DNA from: Trueperaceae bacterium
GTDB taxonomy: Bacteria; Deinococcota; Deinococci; Deinococcales; Trueperaceae
NCBI GenBank assembly: GCA_034521815.1
Contig: JAXHLW010000013.1
Span: forward strand, 32,001-96,000
Direction: 5' to 3'
Length of the DNA: 64,000 bases
Positions 19,135 to 30,001 of the stretch are shown here, in pieces. The position numbers were made by a program, and so were the translations under genes. How positions within the stretch are numbered: position 1 is the stretch's first letter; each line of letters starts with the position of its first letter. The notes under the pieces are model-generated. The model was not told where the DNA came from. It was given only the letters and a program-made list of their open reading frames with translations, and did no database searches.

Positions 19135-20300
19135 CGGTGCTCCGCGGCCGCGTCCTCGAGCCGCCACAGGTCCTCGGGCGTCTCCCGCAGCCGCGTCAGG
19201 CGGTCACGGCCGTCCTGCACGACGACTTCCGCGGGCCGAAGATCGGACGCGTAGTTCGACGCCATCGCCATGCCGTAGGCGCCGGATCGCTCGACGGCCA
19301 GGAGGTCGCCCGGCCCGGCGGACAGCGTTCGGTGCCGCCCCAGGCGGTCCGCGTTCTCGCACAGCGGACCGTCGACGTCGCCCTGCCCGGCCGCGGCGGA
19401 TCCGCCGCCCACCACGCGGATCGGATGCTCGGCGCCGTACAGCGCCGGCCTCAGCAGCTGCGCCATGCCCGCGTCGCAGATCCAGTGTCCGGGCGTGCCG
19501 TCCTTTCGCCAAAGCACCCGCGTCAGCAGGGTGCCGGCGCCGGCCACCAGCCACCGTCCGGGCTCCAGGATCAGCTCCAGGTCTCGCTCGGCGACCCAAG
19601 GACGGACGGTGCGAGCGAAGGTGGCCAGGTCGAAGTCCGGCACCGCGAAGCCACCGCCGAGATCGAAGGTCCGGGCGGCGGGGAACCGCTCGAACAGCGG
19701 AGCGACGGTCCGAAGGATCCGGCGGTGTACCTCCGCGTCCTCGATCATCGAGCCGGCGTGGACGTGGAACCCCGCCAGCCGCCCCTCGGCGTTCAGCCGC
19801 TCGGCCAACGCCTCCGCCTCCGGGAGCGCCAGGCCGAACTTCGATCCGACCGCCCCGGTCGCGAGGTGTTCGTGCGTCCGCGGGTCGAACTCGGGGTTCA
19901 CCCGGACCAGGAACCGCGTGCCTGCCGGCGCGGCGTCGCGCCAGGCGTCCCACTGCCCTGCGCTGTCCAAGCTGACGTGCCCCACGGCCAGCCGCCGGGC
20001 GAGGGCGCGAAGGTCGGGGCCTTGGCCCGGACCGCCGACCAGCACGTCGGCGGCCGGGATCCCGGAGCGGACGGCGCGCGCCACCTCGCCGACGGTGATC
20101 GCTTCCGCGCCGACACCCAGCTCGGCCAGGCGCGTCAGCACCGCGCCCGAGGGGTTCGCCTTCACCGCGTAGCGGAGGCGCGCCTCAGGAAGCTCGCTGC
20201 GAAGGGTGCGGACGCGGGCGCCGATCTCGTCGAGGTCGTAGACGTAGAGCGGCGTGCCGTGGAGCTGCGCCAGGCGGGTCAGGGTGTCGTCGGCGATCAT
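19131..20300 (-). CDS. lysA: Diaminopimelate decarboxylase-like PLP enzyme
   Basis: YAVKAN, SKFG, HVHAGS, DLGGG, EPGR, GPLCENAD, GAYG. Confidence 0.88.
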   Translation of the reverse strand: MIADDTLTRLAQLHGTPLYVYDLDEIGARVRTLRSELPEARLRYAVKANPSGAVLTRLAELGVGAEAITVGEVARAVRSGIPAADVLVGGPGQGPDLRALARRLAVGHVSLDSAGQWDAWRDAAPAGTRFLVRVNPEFDPRTHEHLATGAVGSKFGLALPEAEALAERLNAEGRLAGFHVHAGSMIEDAEVHRRILRTVAPLFERFPAARTFDLGGGFAVPDFDLATFARTVRPWVAERDLELILEPGRWLVAGAGTLLTRVLWRKDGTPGHWICDAGMAQLLRPALYGAEHPIRVVGGGSAAAGQGDVDGPLCENADRLGRHRTLSAGPGDLLAVERSGAYGMAMASNYASDLRPAEVVVQDGRDRLTRLRETPEDLWRLEDAAAEHR

Positions 20301-20358
20301 CGGCAGGAGCGTAGCAGGACTGCCCGTGCCGATCACGACGGCTGCTACGCTGTGCCGC

Positions 20359-20877
20359 ATGAACCGACAGGTCAGGCGCATCGAAAAGAAGAAGGAGCTC
20401 AAGGCCGAGAAGGACAAGGCGAAGGCGAAGGCCGAGCGTCAGGCCCGTCGGGAACAGCGCCGCGAGGCGCGGAAGCGACCACGTGGCGAGGAGGGGTCGA
20501 AGCCCACCGGCGAGAGCAGGCAAGGCCCGCGGCAGTCCAACCCAGGACGGTTCTCGGCTGCGTTGATGGCGGCGACGGTGTTCTTCATCTCGCTCCAGGC
20601 GGTCGCCCCCACCGACGGGTCGATCCCCAGCCAGGTCGTCTCGGCCAGCTTCTACCTGCTGTTCGGCTACTTCGCTGTGCTGTGGATGATGCGGCGCGGG
20701 GCGACGCACGCGTTGGCGGTGGCGATCGGTGCGGGTGCGCTGATGGCGGTCGTGACGCTGGTCAGCCAGCTGTTCCAGGCCGGTCTGGAGCCCCTGCCGA
20801 TCATGCTGGGCCTCACCGTCCCGCTGACCGTGGCAGGCGCGTTCCTGGGGCGGCTGGTATGGAACCGCGCGCCCTGA
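20359..20877 (+). CDS. Hypothetical membrane protein with basic N-terminus and 4 TM segments
   Basis: MNRQVRRIEKKK... followed by hydrophobic helices; TACGCT box 7 nt upstream. Confidence 0.75.
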   Translation: MNRQVRRIEKKKELKAEKDKAKAKAERQARREQRREARKRPRGEEGSKPTGESRQGPRQSNPGRFSAALMAATVFFISLQAVAPTDGSIPSQVVSASFYLLFGYFAVLWMMRRGATHALAVAIGAGALMAVVTLVSQLFQAGLEPLPIMLGLTVPLTVAGAFLGRLVWNRAP

Positions 20878-21638
20878 GCGGACGCGGGGCGCCGGACCAG
20901 GGCTGGGACGGGGGCTGGGACGAGGCGCCGACGGCGGTCGTCGGCGCGATGCCGGAAGAGATCGCGACCCTGCTTCCGTCGCTGACCGATCGGCGGACCG
21001 AGCGGCGCGGCCCGTTCGAGGTCCACGCCGGTCGTCTGGACGGTCACCCGGTCGTGCTGGCCGTCTGCGGCGTGGGCAAGGTGAACGCCGCGGCGCTGGC
21101 GCAGCAGCTGCTTTCCGACGGCGCGGCGCGTCTGGTGTTCACCGGCGTGGCGGGGGGGCTCGATCCCGACCTTCGCGTGGGCGACCTGGTGGTCTCGACG
21201 GACGCGGTGCAGCACGACGTGGACGTGACGCCTCTCGGGTACGAGGCGGGACGCGTGCCGGGCGAGCCGCTCGCGTGGCAGGCCGACCCCGAGCTGCGCG
21301 CGGCCGCGCGCCAGGCAGCGAGCGAGGCGGTCGACGCGGGCAGGGTGGTGGAGGGGCGGATCGCCTCGGGCGATTCGTTCGTCGCCGATCCCGCCAGGAG
21401 CGCCGAGCTGGCCATGCGCTTCGGGGCCGTCTGCGCCGAGATGGAGGGAGCGGCGGTGGCGCAGGTGTGCGCGCGCTGGAACGTGCCGTGGGTGGTGATC
21501 CGCTCGATCAGCGACACCGCGGATCACGACGCCTCGGTGGACTTCCGCGCGTTCACCCGCGTCGCCGCGGCTCGCGCCGAGGCGGTGGTGCGCGGGGTGC
21601 TGGCCCGACTGGACGGTCCGGGGCCGCCCCCTGGGTGA
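20859..21638 (+). CDS. mtnN: 5'-methylthioadenosine/S-adenosylhomocysteine nucleosidase (start uncertain)
   Basis: GAMPEE, GVGKVNAA, FTGVAGG, EMEGAAVAQV, IRSISD in the C-terminus of ORF 19137..21638. Confidence 0.92.
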   Translation: MEPRALSGRGAPDQGWDGGWDEAPTAVVGAMPEEIATLLPSLTDRRTERRGPFEVHAGRLDGHPVVLAVCGVGKVNAAALAQQLLSDGAARLVFTGVAGGLDPDLRVGDLVVSTDAVQHDVDVTPLGYEAGRVPGEPLAWQADPELRAAARQAASEAVDAGRVVEGRIASGDSFVADPARSAELAMRFGAVCAEMEGAAVAQVCARWNVPWVVIRSISDTADHDASVDFRAFTRVAAARAEAVVRGVLARLDGPGPPPG

Positions 21639-21827
21639 CCGCCGCGGTGACCGCCGCGGTGACCCCCGAGGTAAGCGGAGCGGACCGGGGCGCTGCACGC
21701 GCTGCGGTACGATGGCGACGACGATGAAGGGACCGCGAACGGCGGTCCCGTGACGCGAGGCGAGCGTTCCCCGGCATTCGGTGTCGAGTGCGGGTGGAAC
21801 GCGCGCGCCGCGAGAGGAGAGAGCCGC

Positions 21828-24548
21828 ATGGCCGACGTACCGAACGATCCGCGCGATCACGACCGCTCCGAGCTGCCGCACGGCGAGCTGGTCGAGCTGA
21901 ACCGGGTCGAGCTGAAGGAGTGGCTCGATTCGCTCGAGTACGTGCTGGCGTCGGGTGGCGCCGAGCGCGTCCGCGAGATCCTGGAGCGCCTCGAGGTTCA
22001 CGCCCACCGGCACGGCGTGCGGATCCCGTTCAGCGCCGAGACTCCCTACATCAACACCATTCCCGCCGACGAGACGCCGGAGTACCCGGGCGATTTCGAG
22101 CTCGAGCGCCGGATCCGCGCGCTGATCCGCTGGAACGCCATGGCGATGGTGGTGCGGGCGAACAAGATGAGCGACGGCATCGGCGGCCACCTCGCGACGT
22201 ACGCGTCGGCGGCCACGCTGTACGAGGTGGGGTTCAACCACTTCTTCCGAGGCCCCGGGAAGGGGCCCGACAAGGACCTGCTCTACATCCAGGGGCACGC
22301 CAGCCCGGGCATCTACGCGCGCAGCTACCTCGAGGGCCGCTTCGAGGATCACCACATGCGCAACTTCCGGCGCGAGCTCCAGGACGAGCCCGGCCTGTCG
22401 AGCTACCCGCACCCCTGGCTGATGCCGGACTACTGGCAGTTTCCGACCGTCTCGATGGGGCTCGGGCCGATCATGTCGATCTACAACGCGCGGTTCGCCC
22501 ACTACCTCGAGGCGCGCGAGCTGAAGCCCAAAGGCGACGGCAAGGTGTGGGCGTTCCTGGGCGACGGCGAGACCGACGAGCCCGAGACGCTGGGCGCGAT
22601 CAAGATCGCGGCGCGCGAGAAGCTCGACAACCTCATCTGGGTGGTGAACTGCAACCTGCAGCGCTTGGACGGTCCCGTGTACGGCAACGGCAAGATCATC
22701 CAGGAGCTCGAGGCGATCTTCCGCGGCGCGGGCTGGAACGTGATCAAGGTCGCCTGGGGGCGCTACTGGGACAAGCTCCTCGAGAAGGACGACGAGGGCA
22801 TCCTGGTCGAGCGGTTCGAGCGCATGGTCGACGGCGAGTCGCAACGCTACGCCGCGTTCGGCGGGCCGGAGCTGCGTGAGCGCTTCTTCGACAGCCCCGA
22901 GCTGAAGAAGCTGATCGAGGGCTGGAGCGACGAGGACCTGAACGAGCTCAACCGAGGCGGGCACGATCCGACGAAGGTGTACGCCGCGTACCAGCGCGCC
23001 GTGAAACACCAGGGCCAGCCGACGGCGATCCTGGCCCGCACCGTGAAGGGCTACGGGCTGGGCGAGTCGGCGGAGGCCAAGAACCCGGCGCACCAGACGA
23101 AGAAGCTCGACGAGGACGACATGCGGATCTTCCGCGACCGGTTCGACATCCCGATCGCGGACGAGGATATCGGCGACTACCCGTTCTACCGGCCCGAGCC
23201 CGACTCGCCCGAGGCGACGTACCTCCAGAAGCGGCGCGAGGAGCTCGGCGGCTACCTTCCGGCGCGCAACGTCGACGTCGAGCCGCTGCGCGCGCCCGCC
23301 GCGGAGCTGTTCGAGGAGTTCTTCGAGGGGACGAAGGACCGCTCGGTGTCGACCACGATGGTGTTCGTCAGCGTGCTCCGCAAGCTGCTCCGGGACGACG
23401 TCTGGGGCGACCGGATCGTTCCGATCATTCCCGACGAGGCCCGCACCTTCGGCATGGAGGCGCTGTTCCGCCAGATCGGCATCTACTCGCCCGGCGGACA
23501 GCTCTACGAGCCGGTCGACGCCGAGAACATCCTGTACTACAAGGAGTCCAAGGACGGCGCCATCCTCGAGGAAGGGATCACCGAGGGCGGCGCGATGTCC
23601 AGCTTCCTGGCGGCCGGGACCAGCTACGCGAACTACGGCGTGACCACGGTGCCGTTCTTCATCTACTACTCGATGTTCGGCTTCCAGCGCATCGGAGACC
23701 TGGCCTGGGCCGCGGGCGACATGCGCGCGAAGGGCTTCATGCTGGGCGCGACGGCCGGGCGGACCACCCTTGCGGGCGAGGGCCTTCAGCACCAGGACGG
23801 CCACAGTCACCTGCTGGCCATGCCGATCCCGAACCTCGAGGCGTACGACCCCTCGTTCGCGTACGAGCTGGCGACCGTCGTCCGCGAGGGCATGCGCCGG
23901 ATGTACGAAGAGCAAGAGGACGTCTTCTACTACCTGACGGTCGAGAACCAGAACGCTCCGCAGCCGGCGGCGCCGGAGCACCTGTCGCGCGAGGAGCTCA
24001 TAGACGGCATCCTGCAAGGCCTGTACCTGTTCCGCCCGTCGAGCCGCCGCTTCAAGGTCAAGGCGCAGCTGTTCGGGTCGGGCGCCATCATGAGCGAGGT
24101 GCTCGAGGCTCAGAAGATCCTCGAGAAGTACAAGGTGGCCGCGGACGTGTGGAGCGTGACGAGCTACAAGGCGCTCTACCGCGACGCCGTGGAGGTCGCG
24201 CGGCGCAACCGCCTGCGCGCCGACGGCGACCCCGAGACGTCGTACCTCCACCGGGCGCTCGACGGGGCCGAAGGTCCGTTCGTGGCGGCGTCGGACTACG
24301 TCAAGGCGCTTCCCGACATGCTCGCTCCCTACCTGGAGCGGCCGATGATGTCGCTCGGGACCGACGGGTTCGGTCGCAGCGAGGCGCGCGAGGAGCTGCG
24401 CGACTTCTTCGAGGTCGACGCACGGCACGTGGCTCACGCGACGATCCGCGCGCTGGTCGACGAAGGCGCGTTGGACGACGACGTCCTGGCCGAGGCGGCG
24501 CGCGATCTCGGCATCGATCCCGACAAGCCCGACCCTGTGCGGTCGTAA
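21828..24548 (+). CDS. aceE: Pyruvate dehydrogenase E1, homodimeric type
   Basis: [51 protein letters not shown]. Confidence 0.97.
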   Translation: MADVPNDPRDHDRSELPHGELVELNRVELKEWLDSLEYVLASGGAERVREILERLEVHAHRHGVRIPFSAETPYINTIPADETPEYPGDFELERRIRALIRWNAMAMVVRANKMSDGIGGHLATYASAATLYEVGFNHFFRGPGKGPDKDLLYIQGHASPGIYARSYLEGRFEDHHMRNFRRELQDEPGLSSYPHPWLMPDYWQFPTVSMGLGPIMSIYNARFAHYLEARELKPKGDGKVWAFLGDGETDEPETLGAIKIAAREKLDNLIWVVNCNLQRLDGPVYGNGKIIQELEAIFRGAGWNVIKVAWGRYWDKLLEKDDEGILVERFERMVDGESQRYAAFGGPELRERFFDSPELKKLIEGWSDEDLNELNRGGHDPTKVYAAYQRAVKHQGQPTAILARTVKGYGLGESAEAKNPAHQTKKLDEDDMRIFRDRFDIPIADEDIGDYPFYRPEPDSPEATYLQKRREELGGYLPARNVDVEPLRAPAAELFEEFFEGTKDRSVSTTMVFVSVLRKLLRDDVWGDRIVPIIPDEARTFGMEALFRQIGIYSPGGQLYEPVDAENILYYKESKDGAILEEGITEGGAMSSFLAAGTSYANYGVTTVPFFIYYSMFGFQRIGDLAWAAGDMRAKGFMLGATAGRTTLAGEGLQHQDGHSHLLAMPIPNLEAYDPSFAYELATVVREGMRRMYEEQEDVFYYLTVENQNAPQPAAPEHLSREELIDGILQGLYLFRPSSRRFKVKAQLFGSGAIMSEVLEAQKILEKYKVAADVWSVTSYKALYRDAVEVARRNRLRADGDPETSYLHRALDGAEGPFVAASDYVKALPDMLAPYLERPMMSLGTDGFGRSEAREELRDFFEVDARHVAHATIRALVDEGALDDDVLAEAARDLGIDPDKPDPVRS

Positions 24549-24584
24549 TCCAGGCGCTTAGCAGCGAGCGAACGGAGTGATGAC

Positions 24585-26006
24585 GTGGCAACCGAATTCA
24601 AGCTTCCCGAGGTAGGCGAGGGGATCGACTCCGGCACCGTCGTCGCCGTGCTGGTGTCGGTCGGTGACCGGATCGCGGTCGACGAGCCGGTGATCGAGCT
24701 CGAGACCGACAAGGCGGTCGTCGAGGTCCCCTCCGACGTCGCCGGCGTGGTCGAGAGCGTCGCCGTCGCGGAGGGCGACGAGATCGACATCGGCGCCGTG
24801 GTCCTGACCGTCGCGGAGGGCGAGGCCGACGGAGAGGGCACGGGCGATGCCGAGAAGGCGTCCGCGCCGCAGGCCGAGGACGGGCCCGACGACGGGGCCG
24901 AGGAGGCCGAGAAGCCTGCCGAGGAGTCCGCCGAGAAACCGCCCGAGAAGCCGGCCGAGGAACGAGCCCCAGCGGCGGCGAAGGCCGAGCCGAGCGAGGC
25001 GAAGGCGAAGGAGCCCGCCTCGGCGGGCGGAGGCGCGCCGGCCGAGTCGCGCGCCGACGCGGAGCCCCAGGGCGAGACGGCCCCCGGTCTGATTCCGGCA
25101 GCGCCCAGCGTGCGACGCCTCGCACGCGAGCTCGGGGTGGACCTCCAGGCGGTGCAGGGATCGGGCATCCTGGGCCGAATCTCGGCCGAGGACGTCCAGG
25201 CGTTCGCGAAGGGCGAGACCAAGCGACCGGCTGCGGCCCAGGCGCCCAGGACCGCCGCCGCGCCCGCTGCGCAGCCGCTTCCCGACTTCTCGCAGTGGGG
25301 CGAGACCGAGCGGGTGGCGATGTCCGGAATCCGCAAGGCGACCGTCCGGACGATGACGAACGCCTGGACGACGGTGCCGATGGTCACGCACTTCGACAAG
25401 GCCGACGCCACCGAGTTCGAGGCGCTGCGTCAGCGGTTCAAGCCGCAAGCCGAGAAGATCGGGGCGAAGCTGACCCCGACCGCGATGCTGATCAAGGTCG
25501 TCGCGGCCGCGCTGCACAAGTTCCCCGACTTCAACGCCTCGATCGACGCAGAGACGCAGGAGATCGTGTACAAGAAGTACGTCAACGTCGGCGTGGCGGT
25601 GGACACCGATCACGGTCTGCTCGTTCCCGTCGTGAAGAACGCCGACCGCAAGAACATGCTCGAGCTCGCCGCCGAGCTCGGCGAGCTGGCCGAGAAGGCC
25701 AGGAACCGCAAGCTCTCGCCGGACGAGATGCAGGGTGGGAACTTCAGCGTCAGCAACCTCGGTGGAATCGGCGGGACCGGCTTCACGCCGATCGTGGCGC
25801 CGCCCGACGTCGCCATCCTGGGCGTGTCGCGTGGTGGGATGGAGCCCGTCTGGGACGCCGAGAACGAGGTGTTCACGCCTCGCATGACCATGCCGCTGTC
25901 GGTGACGTACGACCATCGCCTCATCGACGGCGCGTCGGCGGCACGGTTCCTCCGCTGGGTCTGCCGGGCCATCGAGGAGCCGTTCCTGATGAGCTTGGAA
26001 GGCTGA
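24585..26006 (+). CDS. aceF: Dihydrolipoamide acetyltransferase E2 with one lipoyl domain
   Basis: ETDKA lipoyl motif, [20 protein letters not shown]. Confidence 0.94.
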   Translation: MATEFKLPEVGEGIDSGTVVAVLVSVGDRIAVDEPVIELETDKAVVEVPSDVAGVVESVAVAEGDEIDIGAVVLTVAEGEADGEGTGDAEKASAPQAEDGPDDGAEEAEKPAEESAEKPPEKPAEERAPAAAKAEPSEAKAKEPASAGGGAPAESRADAEPQGETAPGLIPAAPSVRRLARELGVDLQAVQGSGILGRISAEDVQAFAKGETKRPAAAQAPRTAAAPAAQPLPDFSQWGETERVAMSGIRKATVRTMTNAWTTVPMVTHFDKADATEFEALRQRFKPQAEKIGAKLTPTAMLIKVVAAALHKFPDFNASIDAETQEIVYKKYVNVGVAVDTDHGLLVPVVKNADRKNMLELAAELGELAEKARNRKLSPDEMQGGNFSVSNLGGIGGTGFTPIVAPPDVAILGVSRGGMEPVWDAENEVFTPRMTMPLSVTYDHRLIDGASAARFLRWVCRAIEEPFLMSLEG

Positions 26007-26133
26007 GCCTCGTCCTCGCCTCCTCGTCGACCGCCGCGCCCCGTCGCGTGGCGGTCGACGGCCCGACCGCCGTGGCGCGCTCGCGCCCGCAGGTGGTCGG
26101 GCCTCCTCATGGGTGCGTGGTAGCATCCGCGTC

Positions 26134-26910
26134 ATGAACGCGCCGGTGACGAGTCCCACCCGCGACGTGCGGTCCGGCCCGTCCCGTCGGTCTCTGCGGG
26201 CCAGCGGCCTCACCAAGCGGTACGGCGGACGTGCCGTCGTCGACGGTGTCGATCTCACGCTCGCCCCCGGCGAGATCGTCGCGCTGCTCGGCCCGAACGG
26301 GGCCGGCAAGACCACCAGCTTCTACATGATGGTCGGTTTCGTGCGGCCCGATGCGGGTCGGATCGTGCTGGGCGACCAGGACGTGACGCGCTGGCCGATG
26401 CATCGCCGCGCGCGCGCCGGCTTGGGCTACCTGGCGCAGGAGCCCAGCGCGTTCCGCCGCATGAGCGTCCGCGACAACCTGCTGGCCATCCTCGAGTTTC
26501 GCGAGCCGTCGCGCGAGGCGCGTGAGGAGCGTGCCGCAGCGCTCCTCGACGAGTTCGGGCTGACCCGGCTCGCCGATCACCGAGCGGACACCCTGTCCGG
26601 CGGCGAGCGGCGCAGGCTCGAGATCGCCCGCAGCCTGACGATCGACCCGTCGTTCATCCTCCTCGACGAGCCGTTCACCGGCGTGGATCCCAAGTCGATC
26701 CGCGAGATCCAGGATCTGATCCGGGATCTGCGTGAGCGGCGTGGCCTCGGGGTGTTCCTCACCGACCACAGCGTTCGGGAGACCGTCGCGATCGCCGACC
26801 GGGTGGTGCTGATGTTCGACGGTCGCGTCCGGTTCGACGGCACGCCCGAGGCGTTCGCAGAGGACGAGGACGTCCGGACGACCTACCTGGGAAGCGACTT
26901 CCGGCTCTGA
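26134..26910 (+). CDS. lptB: LptB-type ABC ATPase
   Basis: [49 protein letters not shown]. Confidence 0.92.
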   Translation: MNAPVTSPTRDVRSGPSRRSLRASGLTKRYGGRAVVDGVDLTLAPGEIVALLGPNGAGKTTSFYMMVGFVRPDAGRIVLGDQDVTRWPMHRRARAGLGYLAQEPSAFRRMSVRDNLLAILEFREPSREAREERAAALLDEFGLTRLADHRADTLSGGERRRLEIARSLTIDPSFILLDEPFTGVDPKSIREIQDLIRDLRERRGLGVFLTDHSVRETVAIADRVVLMFDGRVRFDGTPEAFAEDEDVRTTYLGSDFRL

Positions 26911-26971
26911 AGGCGGATCGGATCGTGACCAAGCGGCACGACCGCAGGCGCGAGTGGGCGGGACGTAGGCC

Positions 26972-29020
26972 GTGACCTACGTCGTGGGCCTCGTGCTGCT
27001 GCTGCTGGTGCTGGCCGGCGTGATCGCCTGGGCGGGCGATCGGCTGGGCACCTGGGCGGGGCGGCGGCGGCTGACGATCTTCGGAGCGCGCCCTCGACGG
27101 ACCGGCCAGGTGATCGGGATGGTCGCAGGCATGCTGATCATGCTGACCACCCTGACCGTGCTCGCGATCGCGTTCCAGAACGCGACGCAGACCCTGCTGA
27201 ACGCGCAGAGCACGGCGCGGGAGCTGACCCGACTGCAGTCGCAGGAGCGCGTCCTGCAGGCGCAGATCCGCGGGCTGGACGCCGAGCTCGAGGCGTTGTC
27301 GCGGGAGCTCGAGGAGGCCCGCAGCACGATTCGAAGCGCCGAGCGCGCTCGCGACGAGGCGCTCGCCGACCGCGACGAGGCTGCCGCCGAGCGAGACGCG
27401 ATACGCGCCGAGGGCGAAGTGCTCGAGGCCGAGCTGGCGGCGCTGGAGGACGAGCTGTCCCAGGTCGAGGCCGATCTCGTGGCTGCTCAGGAAGCGCTGA
27501 CGGCTGTGCGCACCGATCTCGTGGCGGCTCGCGACGAGCGGGACGCGGCGCTCCTGAGCGCCACGGAGGCGCGCCAAGCCGCCGTCGAGGCGGAAGCCGA
27601 GGTCGAGGCTCTCCAGGCGCGCGTCTTGGAGGTGCAGGGGCAGCTCGACGCGGCGAACGAGCGCCTGGACTCGCTCCAGACCGAGCTACAGGTCGCCGAG
27701 ACCCGCGTCGCGGAGACACAGGACGACCTGGCGCTGGCCCAGAACGATCTGGCTTCCGCCCGCGCTGCGCGTGACGAAGCGCTGGACGAACGCGACGCTG
27801 CCTTCGTCGATCGCGACGAGGCGTTCGCGGATCGCGACGAGGCGCTCGCGGAGCGTGACGATGCGCTTGCCGCTCGCGACGAGGCCCTCGCGGATCGCGA
27901 CGAGGCCCTCGCCGCTCGCGATGCTGCCCTCGCCGAGCTCGACGAGGCCAGGGACGCAGCGGCGGCCGCCATGGAGGCGAGGAACGCCGCGGCGGCGGCG
28001 CGTGATCAGGCCCTCGCGGAGCGGGACGAGGCCGTGACCGAGCGCGACGAGGCCGTGAGCGAGCGCGACGAGGCGCTGTCCGAACGTGACGCCGCACTCT
28101 CGGCGGTCGGCGTGGCACGCGCCCAGGTCGTTCAGCTGCAAGACGTCATCTCCGTGCTGGAGAACGAGAGCGCGATGCTTCAGGCGGAAGCGGATCGTCT
28201 GCGCGACGCGAACCTCGGGCTCACCGCGCAGAACGAGGCGCTCGAGAGCCAGAACGACGAGCTGGCCGGCCGGAACGAGGGGCTCGTCGCGCTCAATACC
28301 ACGCTCGAGACCCGCATTCTGGACGCCAGCGAGCGGGCGACGCAGCTGCAGGACCAGGTGGACGACCTCACGCTGCGCCTCGAGGATCAGTCGCGGCGCC
28401 TTTCGGTCGTGCAACGTGAGTTCGAGCGCGCCGCCTCCGGCGACGTGACGTTCGAGACCGGCGAGCTGATCTACAGCGGGGCGATCGAGGCCACGACCGC
28501 CGCCGAAGCGCGGGAGGCGCTCTCGCGATTCGTACGCGACGCCAGCATCGCGACCTCGAGGCGGGGTGCCGGCGAGGTGGTGCTCCGGTCCGATCAGGTC
28601 GCGATCCTGGTCGACGCGATCGTGCAAACGCCCGAGTCCGATCTGGTGCGGCTGCTGTCGCCACGGAACCAGTTCAGTCCGGTCGAGGTCGAGGTCGTCG
28701 TCGAGGCGTTCGAGAACGACCTGGTGCTCGAGGCGGGTCGGCTGCTGGTGAGCCGGCGGATGCACCTCGGATCCGAGGATCTTCCCATCAGTCAAGCCGA
28801 GCTGCGCTCGGCGCTGTCGTCGCTCAAGGGCGAGGCGCTCGCGGCGCTCCGTAGGTCCGGACTCGACGAGTTTCAGCTTCCGCGCTACCCCACCCTGACC
28901 GAGGAGACGTTCGCCGGTCTGCTCCTGCGTCGCGACGGTGCGGTCACGATCGGCGTTCTGGTCCTCGACGACGTGATGCGGAGCGGTCCCGCGGACCTCG
29001 AGCTGGTCATTCTCGACTGA
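26972..29020 (+). CDS. DUF3084 domain protein with a very long coiled coil
   Basis: N-terminal GVIAWAGDRLG...RRRLTIFG.RPRRT with two TM segments, then heptad repeats. Confidence 0.85.
   Translation: MTYVVGLVLLLLVLAGVIAWAGDRLGTWAGRRRLTIFGARPRRTGQVIGMVAGMLIMLTTLTVLAIAFQNATQTLLNAQSTARELTRLQSQERVLQAQIRGLDAELEALSRELEEARSTIRSAERARDEALADRDEAAAERDAIRAEGEVLEAELAALEDELSQVEADLVAAQEALTAVRTDLVAARDERDAALLSATEARQAAVEAEAEVEALQARVLEVQGQLDAANERLDSLQTELQVAETRVAETQDDLALAQNDLASARAARDEALDERDAAFVDRDEAFADRDEALAERDDALAARDEALADRDEALAARDAALAELDEARDAAAAAMEARNAAAAARDQALAERDEAVTERDEAVSERDEALSERDAALSAVGVARAQVVQLQDVISVLENESAMLQAEADRLRDANLGLTAQNEALESQNDELAGRNEGLVALNTTLETRILDASERATQLQDQVDDLTLRLEDQSRRLSVVQREFERAASGDVTFETGELIYSGAIEATTAAEAREALSRFVRDASIATSRRGAGEVVLRSDQVAILVDAIVQTPESDLVRLLSPRNQFSPVEVEVVVEAFENDLVLEAGRLLVSRRMHLGSEDLPISQAELRSALSSLKGEALAALRRSGLDEFQLPRYPTLTEETFAGLLLRRDGAVTIGVLVLDDVMRSGPADLELVILD
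27770..28105 (+). repeat. Degenerate 21-bp tandem repeat encoding RDEALA(E/D/A) heptads
   Basis: About 13-15 RD-initiated heptads; CGCGACGAGGC units recur. Confidence 0.85.
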
Positions 29021-29462
29021 GGCGATCGTCGCTGGGTCGCGTCGGCATCCGCAGCAGGTAGACGATGCCCGTCAGACCCAGGGCCGCGACGAGCACGCTC
29101 AGCCACGGACGCGCCAGCAGCACCACGGTGCTGCCGCCCGCGAAGAGCACGATCATCGAGATCGCGAACGCCTTCACGCGTGCCGGCAGCCCGAGGCCGG
29201 CACGAATGTCGCGGACGATCGGACCGAACAGCCTATGGGTCAGAAGCCAGCGGTAGAAGCGCGGGCTCGAGCGGGCGAAGAAGAACGCCGCGACCAGCAG
29301 CCACACGGTCGTCGGCCAGCCGGGAAGGACGACGCCGACGGCGCCGAGGCCCACGCAGATCCAGCCCAGGACGAGGAGCGCGGCCCGGAGCACCGGGTTC
29401 GCGACGACCGTCGGTGCAGCCGCCGGGTCGTCGGTCGTCGCGCCTGGGCGGGTATCGCTCAC
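29007..29462 (-). CDS. YbaN (DUF454) family membrane protein
   Basis: G.VGVVLPG.PTT..LL.AAFFFARSSPRF..WL. Confidence 0.9.
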   Translation of the reverse strand: MSDTRPGATTDDPAAAPTVVANPVLRAALLVLGWICVGLGAVGVVLPGWPTTVWLLVAAFFFARSSPRFYRWLLTHRLFGPIVRDIRAGLGLPARVKAFAISMIVLFAGGSTVVLLARPWLSVLVAALGLTGIVYLLRMPTRPSDDRLSRE

Positions 29463-29513
29463 GCCACATGCTACCGCGCGGCCTACAGGCACCGGTGGCT
29501 CACCGGCCCGCCC

Positions 29514-29906
29514 TCAGGAAAGCGGCTCGTCGAAGCGCTGCACCTCGACCCTGTAGCCGTCGGGATCGCGGGCGAAGAACTGCGTGATTCCGAATCGCTC
29601 GTTGCGTCGCGGGGGTCCGTCGACGTCGACGCCGAGCCGCAGGAGCCGTTCGTGAACGGCTTCGACGTCGTCGACGAGAAGCGTCGTGATCAGGCGGTCG
29701 TCGACGGGAAGCGTGCCGTCGCGACCGTCGTACCCGGCTTGGCAAAGGCCCAGGTACCCGCCGTCGCCGACACGGAAGATCAGGCACGCTCCCTGATCGC
29801 GGGTCAGCTCGAGACCGAGATCGCGGTGGTAGAAGTCGCGACTGGCCGCGAGGTCGGCGACGGGTCGGAACGCGATCAGCGCGGTGGGGTCCGAACGATC
29901 GGTCAT
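29514..29906 (-). CDS. VOC/glyoxalase family protein
   Basis: V.DL.ASRDFY...LGL and FFARDPDGYRVE. Confidence 0.88.
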   Translation of the reverse strand: MTDRSDPTALIAFRPVADLAASRDFYHRDLGLELTRDQGACLIFRVGDGGYLGLCQAGYDGRDGTLPVDDRLITTLLVDDVEAVHERLLRLGVDVDGPPRRNERFGITQFFARDPDGYRVEVQRFDEPLS

Positions 29907-30001
29907 GAGGGTTCCTCCGATGGCGCCTCGGGCGCGATCGCCGCCCGTCCGTGCGCACGTCGCTACGTTCGCCCGGAGCCGAGACGGAGTATCCTCGAGG
30001 C

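Noticed and set aside
20667..24437. Very long antisense ORFs (also 38110..41691, 5432..8041, 60202..63552)
   Set aside because: Shadows of real genes caused by GC-rich codon bias; no recognisable motifs.
27770..28105. Repeat arrays here and at 46440/46630 as possible CRISPR
   Set aside because: One is a coding heptad repeat and the other a two-copy rRNA leader element; no repeat-spacer array and no cas genes.
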